Assembly: GCA_001897155.1 (NCBI GenBank)
Contig: MKSF01000006.1
Coordinates: forward strand, 94,696 to 158,695
Direction of reading: 5' to 3'
DNA length: 64,000 nt
Source of the DNA: Bacteroidetes bacterium 47-18
GTDB lineage: Bacteria; Bacteroidota; Bacteroidia; Chitinophagales; Chitinophagaceae
Position 1 is the first letter of the stretch. Each line of letters opens with the position of its first letter. Shown one piece after another: positions 20,127 through 29,084 of this stretch. The notes under the pieces are model-generated. The model was not told where the DNA came from. It worked only from the letters and a program-made list of their open reading frames with translations, and did no database searches. The translations under genes were made by a program, and so were the position numbers.

Positions 20127-20699
20127 TCACAGCACCGGCTCTTCAAAATAGCTGATACCGATGGCTTTCAGGAAAGCCGTTAATTTAACCACCTTGCTTT
20201 CACAAAGTTCATATTTGGTAAATTCCTTGGAAAAGGAGGCGGTTGCACATTCCAGGCTTATTTCGGTGAGCGCGACAGGCACCTCATCCTTATCGTAGAA
20301 AAGAATGGCATGACGCGGCGTAAAGCAGTTGCCCTTTATTTCATCGCCGCAGTTCTCATGGTACAGCAGCCGGGCCAGCTCCTGCACCTGCTTATCTGTC
20401 AGCACCACCCGCTCCTTGATGTTCAGCTTATTGCTTTTCAGCACATCCTTCAATGCGGCCGGGTTATTGATATGATCGTTCAGGATGGCAGAAAAGGGGT
20501 TATCCGTTTCATAAGCGCTTTTATAAGAGAATATTTCCACCTTTACCGCATCGGAAAAGGGGAAATTGCGCTTCAGCTTCTGCGCATCCACCTTGTCCTT
20601 GATATTATTCTGAACAGCATCCCGGCAGGAAGGCAGCAGCGACAGCACAGACAGCAGGCATATGTATTTTATAATTCTTATCATATCAGTTATATTCAA
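20127..20699 (-). CDS. Hypothetical lipoprotein
   Basis: Signal peptide plus lipobox (LLSVLSLLPSCRD). No recognisable domain. Confidence 0.45.
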   Translation of the reverse strand: MNITDMIRIIKYICLLSVLSLLPSCRDAVQNNIKDKVDAQKLKRNFPFSDAVKVEIFSYKSAYETDNPFSAILNDHINNPAALKDVLKSNKLNIKERVVLTDKQVQELARLLYHENCGDEIKGNCFTPRHAILFYDKDEVPVALTEISLECATASFSKEFTKYELCESKVVKLTAFLKAIGISYFEEPVL

Positions 20700-20744
20700 T
20701 AAGAGTAATTTTCAATAAAGTTAGCCATTTAAACACGAATAAGA

Positions 20745-21434
20745 TCACTGTCCTACAACTTTACGGTACCACTGCAATACCAGCTCCAGTTGCTGCTCCC
20801 TGGTCATATGGCTGTTATCCAGCACCAGTGCATCCGCGGCCTTTGTCAGCGGATCCTGCTCCCGGGTAGTATCTATATGGTCCCTGTGCCGGATATTGTC
20901 CCTCACTTCCTCCATGGTAATATCGGGCCGGGCCGCGCTCATTTCCAAGTAGCGACGCTGCACCCTTACTTCTTCCGAGGCGGTCATAAAAATCTTAAGA
21001 GGCGCATCCGGGAAGATAACGGTGCCTACATCCCTGCCATCCATGACCACGCCCCCCTGCCTGCCCATAGCCTGCTGCAAGGCTACGGCAAAGGTGCGCA
21101 CTTCCCTGATAGCCGCTACTTCGCTCACCACGTTGGCGATATCAAGGTCGCGGATACGGGCGCTCACATCACGACCGTTCAGGTACACCAGGCTCTGGAG
21201 CAGCTCCGGCCGGTTTTCCATGCGGATTTGTATATGCTGCAGGGCTTCCTGCATGCGTGCTTTGTCAGCCAGATCGATGCCCTGCTCAATGAAGTACAGG
21301 GTGATGGCCCTGTACATCGCACCGGAGTCAATGTAGGTGTATCCCAGCACTTTCGCCAGTCCTTTGGCAATAGTGCTTTTACCGCAGGAGGAATAACCGT
21401 CTATGGCTATATTGATTTTCTTGTGTGTTTCCAT
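20745..21434 (-). CDS. cmk: (d)CMP kinase
   Basis: INIAIDGYSSCGKSTIAKGLAKVLGYTYIDSGAMYRA P-loop/NMP-kinase signature. 229 aa. Confidence 0.85.
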   Translation of the reverse strand: METHKKINIAIDGYSSCGKSTIAKGLAKVLGYTYIDSGAMYRAITLYFIEQGIDLADKARMQEALQHIQIRMENRPELLQSLVYLNGRDVSARIRDLDIANVVSEVAAIREVRTFAVALQQAMGRQGGVVMDGRDVGTVIFPDAPLKIFMTASEEVRVQRRYLEMSAARPDITMEEVRDNIRHRDHIDTTREQDPLTKAADALVLDNSHMTREQQLELVLQWYRKVVGQ

Positions 21435-21507
21435 ATCAATAAAAAGTGCCTAATTCCAATACCTATCAGAATTAAGCACCTGTTATGTTATATTTTATAT
21501 GACCGTA

Positions 21508-23355
21508 TTAATAACCCCTGCCATCTTTTTTCTCCACAAAGTTCATGAAAGCTTTATTGGCTACCCTGTTGCCGCCGGGAGTAGGATAGTTGCCGGTAAA
21601 GTACCAGTCACCCCTGTTATTCGGACAGGCCATATGCAGGCCCTCGATGGTCTGGTAAATGATCTCCACGTCACATTCCACTTCTTCAGGATGCAGCAGC
21701 TCGGCAATCTTCCTGCTGATCTGCTCGGCTGTAAAGTTATCGTAAAAGCGCTTCACATAGTTTTCCTGTGTCAGCGCATTATTGCCTTCCGCGGTTTTAC
21801 AGAGCTGGTACACGTCTTCCACCACCTGCAGGGAGCCGTTATCCTTATGCAGGGCCAGCGCCGCCTGGAAGGCTATAAAGTCACCCATCCGGCTCATATC
21901 GATACCATAGCAGTCCGGGTAACGGATCTGCGGCGCGGAGGAAACGATCACGATCTTCCGGGGCCTGAGACGGGCCAGCATTTTAATGATGCTTTCCCTC
22001 AGCGTTGTACCCCTTACAATAGAATCGTCTATGACCACAAGGTTATCTTCGCCATGATTTACGGTTCCATAGGTAATATCGTACACGTGCTGCACCATTT
22101 CGTCCCGCGCGGAATCTTCCGTGATGAAGGTCCGGAGCTTTACATCCTTGATGGCGACCTTATCAATCCTGACTCGGCGATGTATCAGCTCCCTGATCTC
22201 ATCGTTCGTCATCTGGTCCCTGTTCTTCAGGATACGGTCTATCTGTATGTCCTTCATATAGTCTTCCAGGCCCTTGATAAGCCCGTAGAAAGATATCTCA
22301 GCCGTATTCGGTATAAAGGATACTACTGTATGCTTAAGGTCGTAATCAATGGATTTCAGCACGCTGCCGGTAAGGTTCTTGCCCAGCCTGATACGCTCTT
22401 TATAGATATCCGCATCGCTGCCCCTGCTGAAATAGATACGTTCAAAGCTGCAGGCCAGCTTTTCACCCGGCTCCAGTATCTGCTCTATCTGTACCTGCCC
22501 GTCCGCTTTTACGATAATGGCCTGTCCCGGCTCTATCTCTTTCACATCGGAGAGTTGCAGGTTAAAGGCCGTCATGATCGCAGGGCGCTCCGAGGCTGCC
22601 ACCACGATCTCATCATCTATATAGTAATATCCGGGTCGTATACCGTTCTTATCCCGCATCACGAAGCCGTCACCATTGCCTACCAGTCCGCCGCACAGGA
22701 AACCGCCGTCAAAGCCGGAAGCGGCTTTTTTCAGCACTTCCACCATATCCGGGTTCTCAATATCCTTTGTTTCTTCCTCGCACAGGTAATAGTGCACGGT
22801 GTCTATCATAGCCCCGAGATCACTGTTACGCATGGATTCCTTAGGCTCTTCAGGCAGGCGGCTGTACAATTCATCCGTATTCACCAGGTTGAAATTACCG
22901 GCCATTGCAAGATTCCTGGCAGGGTTGATATCGGATTTGACAAAAGGATGGCAGTATTTGACGCTGTTCTTACCCTGCGTACCGTACCGCAGATGCCCCA
23001 GCATGACCTCACCCATAAATCTCAGGTATCCTTTCATCAGGCCGGGATAGTTGCGGAGGTCCGGGTACATACGTTCCAGCTCTGATACCTCTTCCTGAAC
23101 GGAGTTGAAAATTTCCTTGATGGCGCCCTGTCCCGGGATACGCAGGCGGTGCAGGAACTGATATCCCGGCTCCACGTTCAGCTTCAGGGTAGCTATACCG
23201 GCACCGTCCTGGCCCCTGTTATGCTGCTTTTCCATCAGCAGATACAGCTTATTCAATCCGTAGAATGCTGTACCATACTTGCGATGATAATAAGAAATAG
23301 GTTTTCTTAGGCGGATGAATGCGAGCCCGCATTCGTGTTTAATAGCGTCTGACAT
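21508..23355 (-). CDS. purF: Amidophosphoribosyltransferase (class II glutamine amidotransferase, long Bacteroidetes-type form)
   Basis: N-terminal ...ECGLAFIR Ntn-hydrolase Cys. GQDGAGIA motif. PRTase domain. 615 aa. Confidence 0.75.
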   Translation of the reverse strand: MSDAIKHECGLAFIRLRKPISYYHRKYGTAFYGLNKLYLLMEKQHNRGQDGAGIATLKLNVEPGYQFLHRLRIPGQGAIKEIFNSVQEEVSELERMYPDLRNYPGLMKGYLRFMGEVMLGHLRYGTQGKNSVKYCHPFVKSDINPARNLAMAGNFNLVNTDELYSRLPEEPKESMRNSDLGAMIDTVHYYLCEEETKDIENPDMVEVLKKAASGFDGGFLCGGLVGNGDGFVMRDKNGIRPGYYYIDDEIVVAASERPAIMTAFNLQLSDVKEIEPGQAIIVKADGQVQIEQILEPGEKLACSFERIYFSRGSDADIYKERIRLGKNLTGSVLKSIDYDLKHTVVSFIPNTAEISFYGLIKGLEDYMKDIQIDRILKNRDQMTNDEIRELIHRRVRIDKVAIKDVKLRTFITEDSARDEMVQHVYDITYGTVNHGEDNLVVIDDSIVRGTTLRESIIKMLARLRPRKIVIVSSAPQIRYPDCYGIDMSRMGDFIAFQAALALHKDNGSLQVVEDVYQLCKTAEGNNALTQENYVKRFYDNFTAEQISRKIAELLHPEEVECDVEIIYQTIEGLHMACPNNRGDWYFTGNYPTPGGNRVANKAFMNFVEKKDGRGY

Positions 23356-23652
23356 AATTCGGACACAAAATTAATTCAATTTCCACAATTTATGAAAAAG
23401 GAGCAGAGGCCTGTTAACTATGTATAAATAAGTTATATTTATATAATTCCCATTATACCATTTACTTATTTTTTTGCCGTCCACCCGCCCGGGTTCGGGA
23501 GCGCCGGACGGCATCCCTTACAAAGGCACATCCTGTAACGGGGAGAGGCATTATTTACAAAAAGTTATTACCGGATATAACCGTTTTTTTACCATCAGAC
23601 TGAATATAAAATCTTAACTTTACGAGTATAATCACCCTAAAAATGTAAGCTT

Positions 23653-23949
23653 ATGTCGTTAAAAGAAACATTCACCGTAACGGGCGAAAATCTGCTTAAG
23701 AAGATCAAGGACCTGATAGCAGAAGGCAATGTCCGCAAAATAGTCATTTCAGACAAATCGGGTAAAGAGATGATGAGCTTCCCGGTAACTATCGGCGTGG
23801 TCGGCGTACTGCTGGCGCCCGTTTTCGCCGCCATCGGGGCCATAGCTGCCATGGTCAGCGACTGTACGGTCACCGTTGAGAAAGAGATGCCGGAAGAGCA
23901 GCCCCGGCAGGAAACCAACGGGGAGCTACCACCGCCGCCAGCGCATTAA
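23653..23949 (+). CDS. Small hypothetical protein with one hydrophobic helix (DUF4342-like)
   Basis: 98 aa. VTIGVVGVLLAPVFAAIGAIAAMV hydrophobic segment. Pro-rich C-terminus. Confidence 0.4.
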   Translation: MSLKETFTVTGENLLKKIKDLIAEGNVRKIVISDKSGKEMMSFPVTIGVVGVLLAPVFAAIGAIAAMVSDCTVTVEKEMPEEQPRQETNGELPPPPAH

Positions 23950-24087
23950 AGCGGCCTGTCACCCCTAATAGGCCAACAATAAAGCACCGAAAAAGTACAT
24001 CACACAGATGTATCCGATAAAAAATGAGGCTATTTAAAAAGCCGTCATTCCCAGCGAAACGTAGTGCAGCCGGGAACTATTATCAGT

Positions 24088-24130
24088 AAAGCAAAATCTC
24101 ATAATCTACCGATTATGAGATTTTGCTTTG
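24088..24130. other. Perfect 18-19 bp inverted repeat (AAAGCAAAATCTCATAAT-ctaccg-ATTATGAGATTTTGCTTT), putative stem-loop/terminator 3' of the giant AAA gene
   Basis: Direct inspection. No U-run follows. Confidence 0.4.
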
Positions 24131-24210
24131 CAAGAGTTTCTCCACGCCGGAATGCCGTAATGATACTTTTTGGCCCCCCCATTTTATACAATAATTTACC
24201 TGACCGTACC

Positions 24211-27200
24211 CTATTCAATATTCTTCAAAGCGTCCACCAGGCCTTTAAAGTTTTCATTGATGCCGGATAGCTGCACCAGGACCTGGGCGGTCTTATCATC
24301 ACCGCCCAGCCCGGCAAACTGGTTGTTCTTCCTGAATGTGGTAACAATATGCTTATAGCGCTCCTGCTCTTCGGGAGTGGCTATATGCATAATATGCCTG
24401 AGCTTGAGCAGATTGGCTTCCGCATCGGTGGTCAGCGTCTGCGCTTCGGCTTCATAGCTGGCAATGATCAGGTTCAAAAGCTCCTGCTCATTCATCAGGG
24501 GCACTATTTTCACCACCATCCTGTTCATGCTCCTGTACGAGCCCTGCAGCTTGAAGGCCGGCTCCGTACGGAACGCGTCATTCATCCCTGCGCTGGCTAT
24601 ATATAAATCGTTGACCTGCAAAACCACTTTCCTGACATACATTACATTTCGCAATACAACTATGGCATCGTCCACCTCCGCCCCGGTATAGGCAGCTTCC
24701 AGCTCCGGACGCAAATCCTCGTGCCGCTCCACATAGTCCACAAGCCTGTAAAAGTCTTTCATGCTCTTATGCCCTATCACCTGCAAATAACGGTTTTCGT
24801 TCATGGCATTTTCTACCAGGCTCAGGTCAAACAGGTGCCTGCTCTCCCCTGCCACATCACCCAGGTTATACACATCGGAACGGTTGGCCAGCATATCGGG
24901 GATCTTAAAGAGACTGCCGCTTTCGGTATAAGGATTGCCTGCCATCACCACACAGAAGCGTTTGCCCCGCAGGTCGTAGGTTTTGCTTACGCCTTCAAAG
25001 ATGCCGTCTATCTTACGCTGCCCGTCCGCCAGCGATATGAACTGCTGCAGGAATTCCGGGCTGCAATGCTGGATATCGTCCACATACAGCATCACGTTAT
25101 CAGCCATTTCAAAAGCAAGGTTCAGCTTCTCCAGCTCGACCCTGGCCCCCGAAGTTGTTGCTTCGGCAGGATCAATGCTGGTGATACGATGCCCGATAGT
25201 GGGACCGTTTATTTTTACAAAATGCAATCCCATCGTAGCGGACAGGTACTCCATCAGGGTGGTTTTACCATAACCCGGCGGCGAGATCAGCAGCAGCATC
25301 CCCATTCTCGCGGTACGCTTATCATCACCTACCGTACCCAATTGTTTGGCAAGGTTGGCGCCAATCATCGGGAAATATACTTCATTGATAAGCCTATTCC
25401 GCATAAAGGAGCTAAGCACCTTGGGCTGCATTTCCCTTATCTTCAGACGCTGCTCATAAGCGGCTACCAGGCTGCGTTTGGTAGCCTGGAAATCCTCGTA
25501 CAAAGGCACTGTTACCTGCCGGAAATGTGTCAGCTCTTCCATAAACTCATGATAACGGATGATATAGCCCTGCTCCGTTATGGTGGCATGATTGCCTTTC
25601 AGCCCGGTCAGCACCGTACTTTCGGCAGCAATATGCTCTTTGTAGCTGTCAGCCCCGAACAATACCAGGCAGGTAGCCTCATCTATATATGCCAGGTACG
25701 GCTCCGCGTTTTCCAGGGTCATGACATAGGCTTCCACCCAGTCCTGTATAATATAGAAACGCTCTATCAGGCTGTAAGATTCATTTTGAATATCCTGACG
25801 GAATACCTCTTCCTGGTGCTGCTGCTGCAGATGATGAATAAAATCTTTCTTTAGCTGCAATGCGGCGCTGCTGCAGGTAAAATAAGCCGGATCTTTCAGC
25901 TCATCCATCAGGTATGCTGCCATAGCTTCTACGGTAGCAGGAGGCAAATGATTATGTACCAAGGTAATATCCTGCACCAATACCCTGAAGGCCTGCGTAT
26001 CCTGGTACGCTGCTTGAAACAGCCGCCTGATCTTGTGAGCAGACTGTATCAGTTGTTCCAGCTTTTGCAACTGCTGCCCGGTCAATTGCTTCCAGAACAG
26101 TTGCGCCTGTACCCGGACAGCAACCGGGACCCTGAGAATACCCAGGCTGTCATCCAGCTTTATCAATGCGTCCGTAATAGCCACGGCATCCGCATTGTGC
26201 ACGCCTTTCACATAACCGCCGGCATAGTCCTGGTCTATCAGGCTGTCAATATATGCCGCAATATTCAGATCTCTTTTTTTGATATACTCCTGAAATGCCC
26301 GGAATGCCAGATAAGCACCTCTATATACTGCCGGGTTCTCCGAAATATAATCCTGGTCCCAGACGGCAATATGTTTCCGGAAAATACTCTCATCAACGGG
26401 CTGGTAAAAATTGGTGCCCATCAGATGATACATCAGGCGGTCGTTATGCTTTACGATCGTCAGTGCCAGCTCCTGCTTATTGACCGCAAATTTATACGGC
26501 CCCAGGGCAATGATATGATGCCCGTCCACAAACAGCTCATTTTTATCCTGCAGGGCCCTGATGGTATTTTCGCGGGCCAGCTTCAGGCTGTTCATCAGGT
26601 TTTCCGCCTTACCCACATCGCCCAGATCCTGCAGTTCCTGAGATAAGCTCCTGACCTTCTCTATCATCAGGTCACCGGCAAAAAAGCTGTATATCTCCTC
26701 ATTGGTGCCCAGCGTCAATGCTTTGCTCTCTATATTTTTCAGCACACGCAGGCCGATCTGCTCCAGGTTGCCGGTACGCTTGTTGATCTGCGCTACCAGC
26801 ATTTCCTTTTTGCCGTTGAATGCTTTTATAACCTCGTCCCGCTTGTCGGCAATCTTCAGGATAAAATCATCAAAGTCGGCAAACTTACTTTCCAGCTCCT
26901 CGATATGCACGCTGATCTTAGTGTAGTAGCTGTCGCATTTTTCTACCGAATCGGACAGATCCAGGAAGTTGACGATACTTTGCTCCAGTAAGGTGAGCTG
27001 CGCATGGAATTCCCCTACCGCCTCACCAGATCTCAGGCTGTTGATCCTGCGTGTCAGCGATGCCCTTACCTCATTCAAAGATGCGAACAGCACCGAAATA
27101 TTTTCAATGATCTTTGTGGTCTGCGTGGTATCTTCTATCTTAAGGCTGTTCAGTATATCTATCAGCAGCTCCAGTTGCCCGGCTATATCCATGCAGGCTT

Positions 27201-29040
27201 TTTCAATAGCCTGTGCATCTATCACTTTGGCAACACGCTCTATCGCCTGTCGCTGCTCGGCAATGTGCGCTTCATAAGGCTGCAAAGCATTGTCCTGCAA
27301 TAAGAACGTTACCGTTTCCTGCGACAACTGCCTATTGAATGCCTGTACCTGGTCCAGCATTTCACTGACTGCATCCTGGTCAATATACCGGACCTGCTGC
27401 AATTCAATAATACCACCCTGCGTAATACGAACCGTATTCAGTTGCTGCACCAGCTCATCCACCGTAGCATATTCTGCGTTCCGTATCTCCTGGTCCAGCG
27501 CCGCCACCTGAGCGCGTTTTTGTACCAGCTGCTCCACGGCAGACTGACGCTGTGCCTGCACTTTGGCAAATTCATCAATAGCCGTTTCGGCAATGGTCCC
27601 GATCTGCTTCAATGGTTCAGCAATACCATAAGTATCGCCGTTATTGATCCAGAAATAGCTGTCCAGAATATCTTTGGACAGCCTGGCAATATCCTCGTAC
27701 AGACCTTCATAGCTGTCTTCTTTCTTCAGCAACTGCAGGATCTCATACCCCTCCGACATCGCGCTGACGATATCTTTATTACCTATCTTGTACAATACAT
27801 TATCTTTCATCGCCTCATTTTCCACCAATGCGGCGGTATAAGGCGTCTGCCAGATCTGTACCTGGTGATGACGCACCGCTTCCTTTTCCGAACGGAAATA
27901 GATCAGCCTGCCATCTTTGAATATGGTAAAGCCATTGCAGATAATAGGCGTATTGACCTGCTGCTGTATCACATTGTACGACATCAGCACATAAGTATTG
28001 CTGTGCTTCTGGTAATATACATACAGGTAGTCCTCGCCATTCGGAGCCGCAACAGTACGCATATATTCCAGGTGGTCCATGCCGTTCTCAAAGAGCTTAT
28101 ACTCGCCATTCTGCAAATAGTATCCATTGGAGAATATCACTCCCTGCTGGTCGGGCAACAGGATACCGCTGTCCAGCAGGCTCGGGATATTATGCACCTC
28201 CCTGGTCCGAACATTGTATATAAACGCCCTGAAATCCTCCTGGTAAGGCTTTATTCTGACAGCAATGAGATTGCCCAGGTCCGCATAGTAATACTGCGCA
28301 TCATCCAGTTGCTGATCTTTGTTGGCAACCGGCTCAGAATAAATGCCCAGCCCCGTATCCGTATTGTCTTCGATCTTAAAGGTAATATCACCGCCGATAG
28401 CTTCTATATACACCTTATCCAGGATAGAGATATGCGGATGCAGGCCCAGCCTCCTGTCCTCCAGGGAGGTTCTTGTGAAATCAAAGCTGTACTGCTTTGC
28501 CTGCCTGACCTCATGAATGCTCCTGTCATCTATATATTTTAGCTGCTTACCATCTATATACCATTTAAACGCCTTCCTGTCCTCTACATTTTTAGAGCTC
28601 TGGAAGATCATATAGAGATAATGCTCCGTCCTGTAGAATTTGGAAAAGAAAGACTCCCGGTAATACCTGTACAGGTTTTTGAAATCCGTTACGAATTGCG
28701 CATCCGTTATCAGGTCAAGACTTACAGGCTCAAAATGATTGTCCGCAAACCTGTAGATGCTGAACACATCTCCCAGCTCTATTTCTTCGCGCAGTCCGAA
28801 GTGGACATTATAACCGAAAATACAGTATTCACCAAAGGCAATGATACCGCGGGCCACACCGTTATGTTCGGTAGTGATACGCTGATTGGCTATCAATGCA
28901 AACTGTTCCGTATTGAAAATTTCTTTCCTGCCTTCATTCAGCGCTGCCAGGCGCTCGCTTAAAATCACACTTTGCTCCTGTAACCTGTTGCGTATGATCT
29001 CATACGTCCCCGTATCTAAAGTAACTTTATTTTGTGGCAT
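24211..29040 (-). CDS. Giant (1609 aa) uncharacterised protein: N-terminal beta-rich domain, central ~500-aa coiled coil, C-terminal-third AAA+ ATPase of the MoxR/dynein-like (AAA_5) type
   Basis: Walker A GMLLLISPPGYGKTTL. Walker B NVMLYVDDIQ. Sensor-1/Arg-finger region CVVMAGNPYTESGSLFKIPDMLANRSDVY is comparable to ATQNP...P.ALLDRF of MoxR/midasin AAA_5. Long heptad-rich Q/E/L/K segment. Single uninterrupted ORF. Confidence 0.7.
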   Translation of the reverse strand: MPQNKVTLDTGTYEIIRNRLQEQSVILSERLAALNEGRKEIFNTEQFALIANQRITTEHNGVARGIIAFGEYCIFGYNVHFGLREEIELGDVFSIYRFADNHFEPVSLDLITDAQFVTDFKNLYRYYRESFFSKFYRTEHYLYMIFQSSKNVEDRKAFKWYIDGKQLKYIDDRSIHEVRQAKQYSFDFTRTSLEDRRLGLHPHISILDKVYIEAIGGDITFKIEDNTDTGLGIYSEPVANKDQQLDDAQYYYADLGNLIAVRIKPYQEDFRAFIYNVRTREVHNIPSLLDSGILLPDQQGVIFSNGYYLQNGEYKLFENGMDHLEYMRTVAAPNGEDYLYVYYQKHSNTYVLMSYNVIQQQVNTPIICNGFTIFKDGRLIYFRSEKEAVRHHQVQIWQTPYTAALVENEAMKDNVLYKIGNKDIVSAMSEGYEILQLLKKEDSYEGLYEDIARLSKDILDSYFWINNGDTYGIAEPLKQIGTIAETAIDEFAKVQAQRQSAVEQLVQKRAQVAALDQEIRNAEYATVDELVQQLNTVRITQGGIIELQQVRYIDQDAVSEMLDQVQAFNRQLSQETVTFLLQDNALQPYEAHIAEQRQAIERVAKVIDAQAIEKACMDIAGQLELLIDILNSLKIEDTTQTTKIIENISVLFASLNEVRASLTRRINSLRSGEAVGEFHAQLTLLEQSIVNFLDLSDSVEKCDSYYTKISVHIEELESKFADFDDFILKIADKRDEVIKAFNGKKEMLVAQINKRTGNLEQIGLRVLKNIESKALTLGTNEEIYSFFAGDLMIEKVRSLSQELQDLGDVGKAENLMNSLKLARENTIRALQDKNELFVDGHHIIALGPYKFAVNKQELALTIVKHNDRLMYHLMGTNFYQPVDESIFRKHIAVWDQDYISENPAVYRGAYLAFRAFQEYIKKRDLNIAAYIDSLIDQDYAGGYVKGVHNADAVAITDALIKLDDSLGILRVPVAVRVQAQLFWKQLTGQQLQKLEQLIQSAHKIRRLFQAAYQDTQAFRVLVQDITLVHNHLPPATVEAMAAYLMDELKDPAYFTCSSAALQLKKDFIHHLQQQHQEEVFRQDIQNESYSLIERFYIIQDWVEAYVMTLENAEPYLAYIDEATCLVLFGADSYKEHIAAESTVLTGLKGNHATITEQGYIIRYHEFMEELTHFRQVTVPLYEDFQATKRSLVAAYEQRLKIREMQPKVLSSFMRNRLINEVYFPMIGANLAKQLGTVGDDKRTARMGMLLLISPPGYGKTTLMEYLSATMGLHFVKINGPTIGHRITSIDPAEATTSGARVELEKLNLAFEMADNVMLYVDDIQHCSPEFLQQFISLADGQRKIDGIFEGVSKTYDLRGKRFCVVMAGNPYTESGSLFKIPDMLANRSDVYNLGDVAGESRHLFDLSLVENAMNENRYLQVIGHKSMKDFYRLVDYVERHEDLRPELEAAYTGAEVDDAIVVLRNVMYVRKVVLQVNDLYIASAGMNDAFRTEPAFKLQGSYRSMNRMVVKIVPLMNEQELLNLIIASYEAEAQTLTTDAEANLLKLRHIMHIATPEEQERYKHIVTTFRKNNQFAGLGGDDKTAQVLVQLSGINENFKGLVDALKNIE

Positions 29041-29084
29041 AAGCTGTTGTTTGTTTTTTTACTTTCCAAAAACCGTCTTAATAT

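Noticed and set aside
21499-23085. 528-aa + strand ORF overlapping purF
   Set aside because: It is antisense to a gene with unambiguous amidophosphoribosyltransferase motifs. No homology signal and unusual composition.
24349-28962. Numerous 60-370-aa + strand ORFs across the giant AAA gene
   Set aside because: All are antisense to a single uninterrupted 1609-aa ORF with clear AAA+ motifs. They have typical antisense composition.
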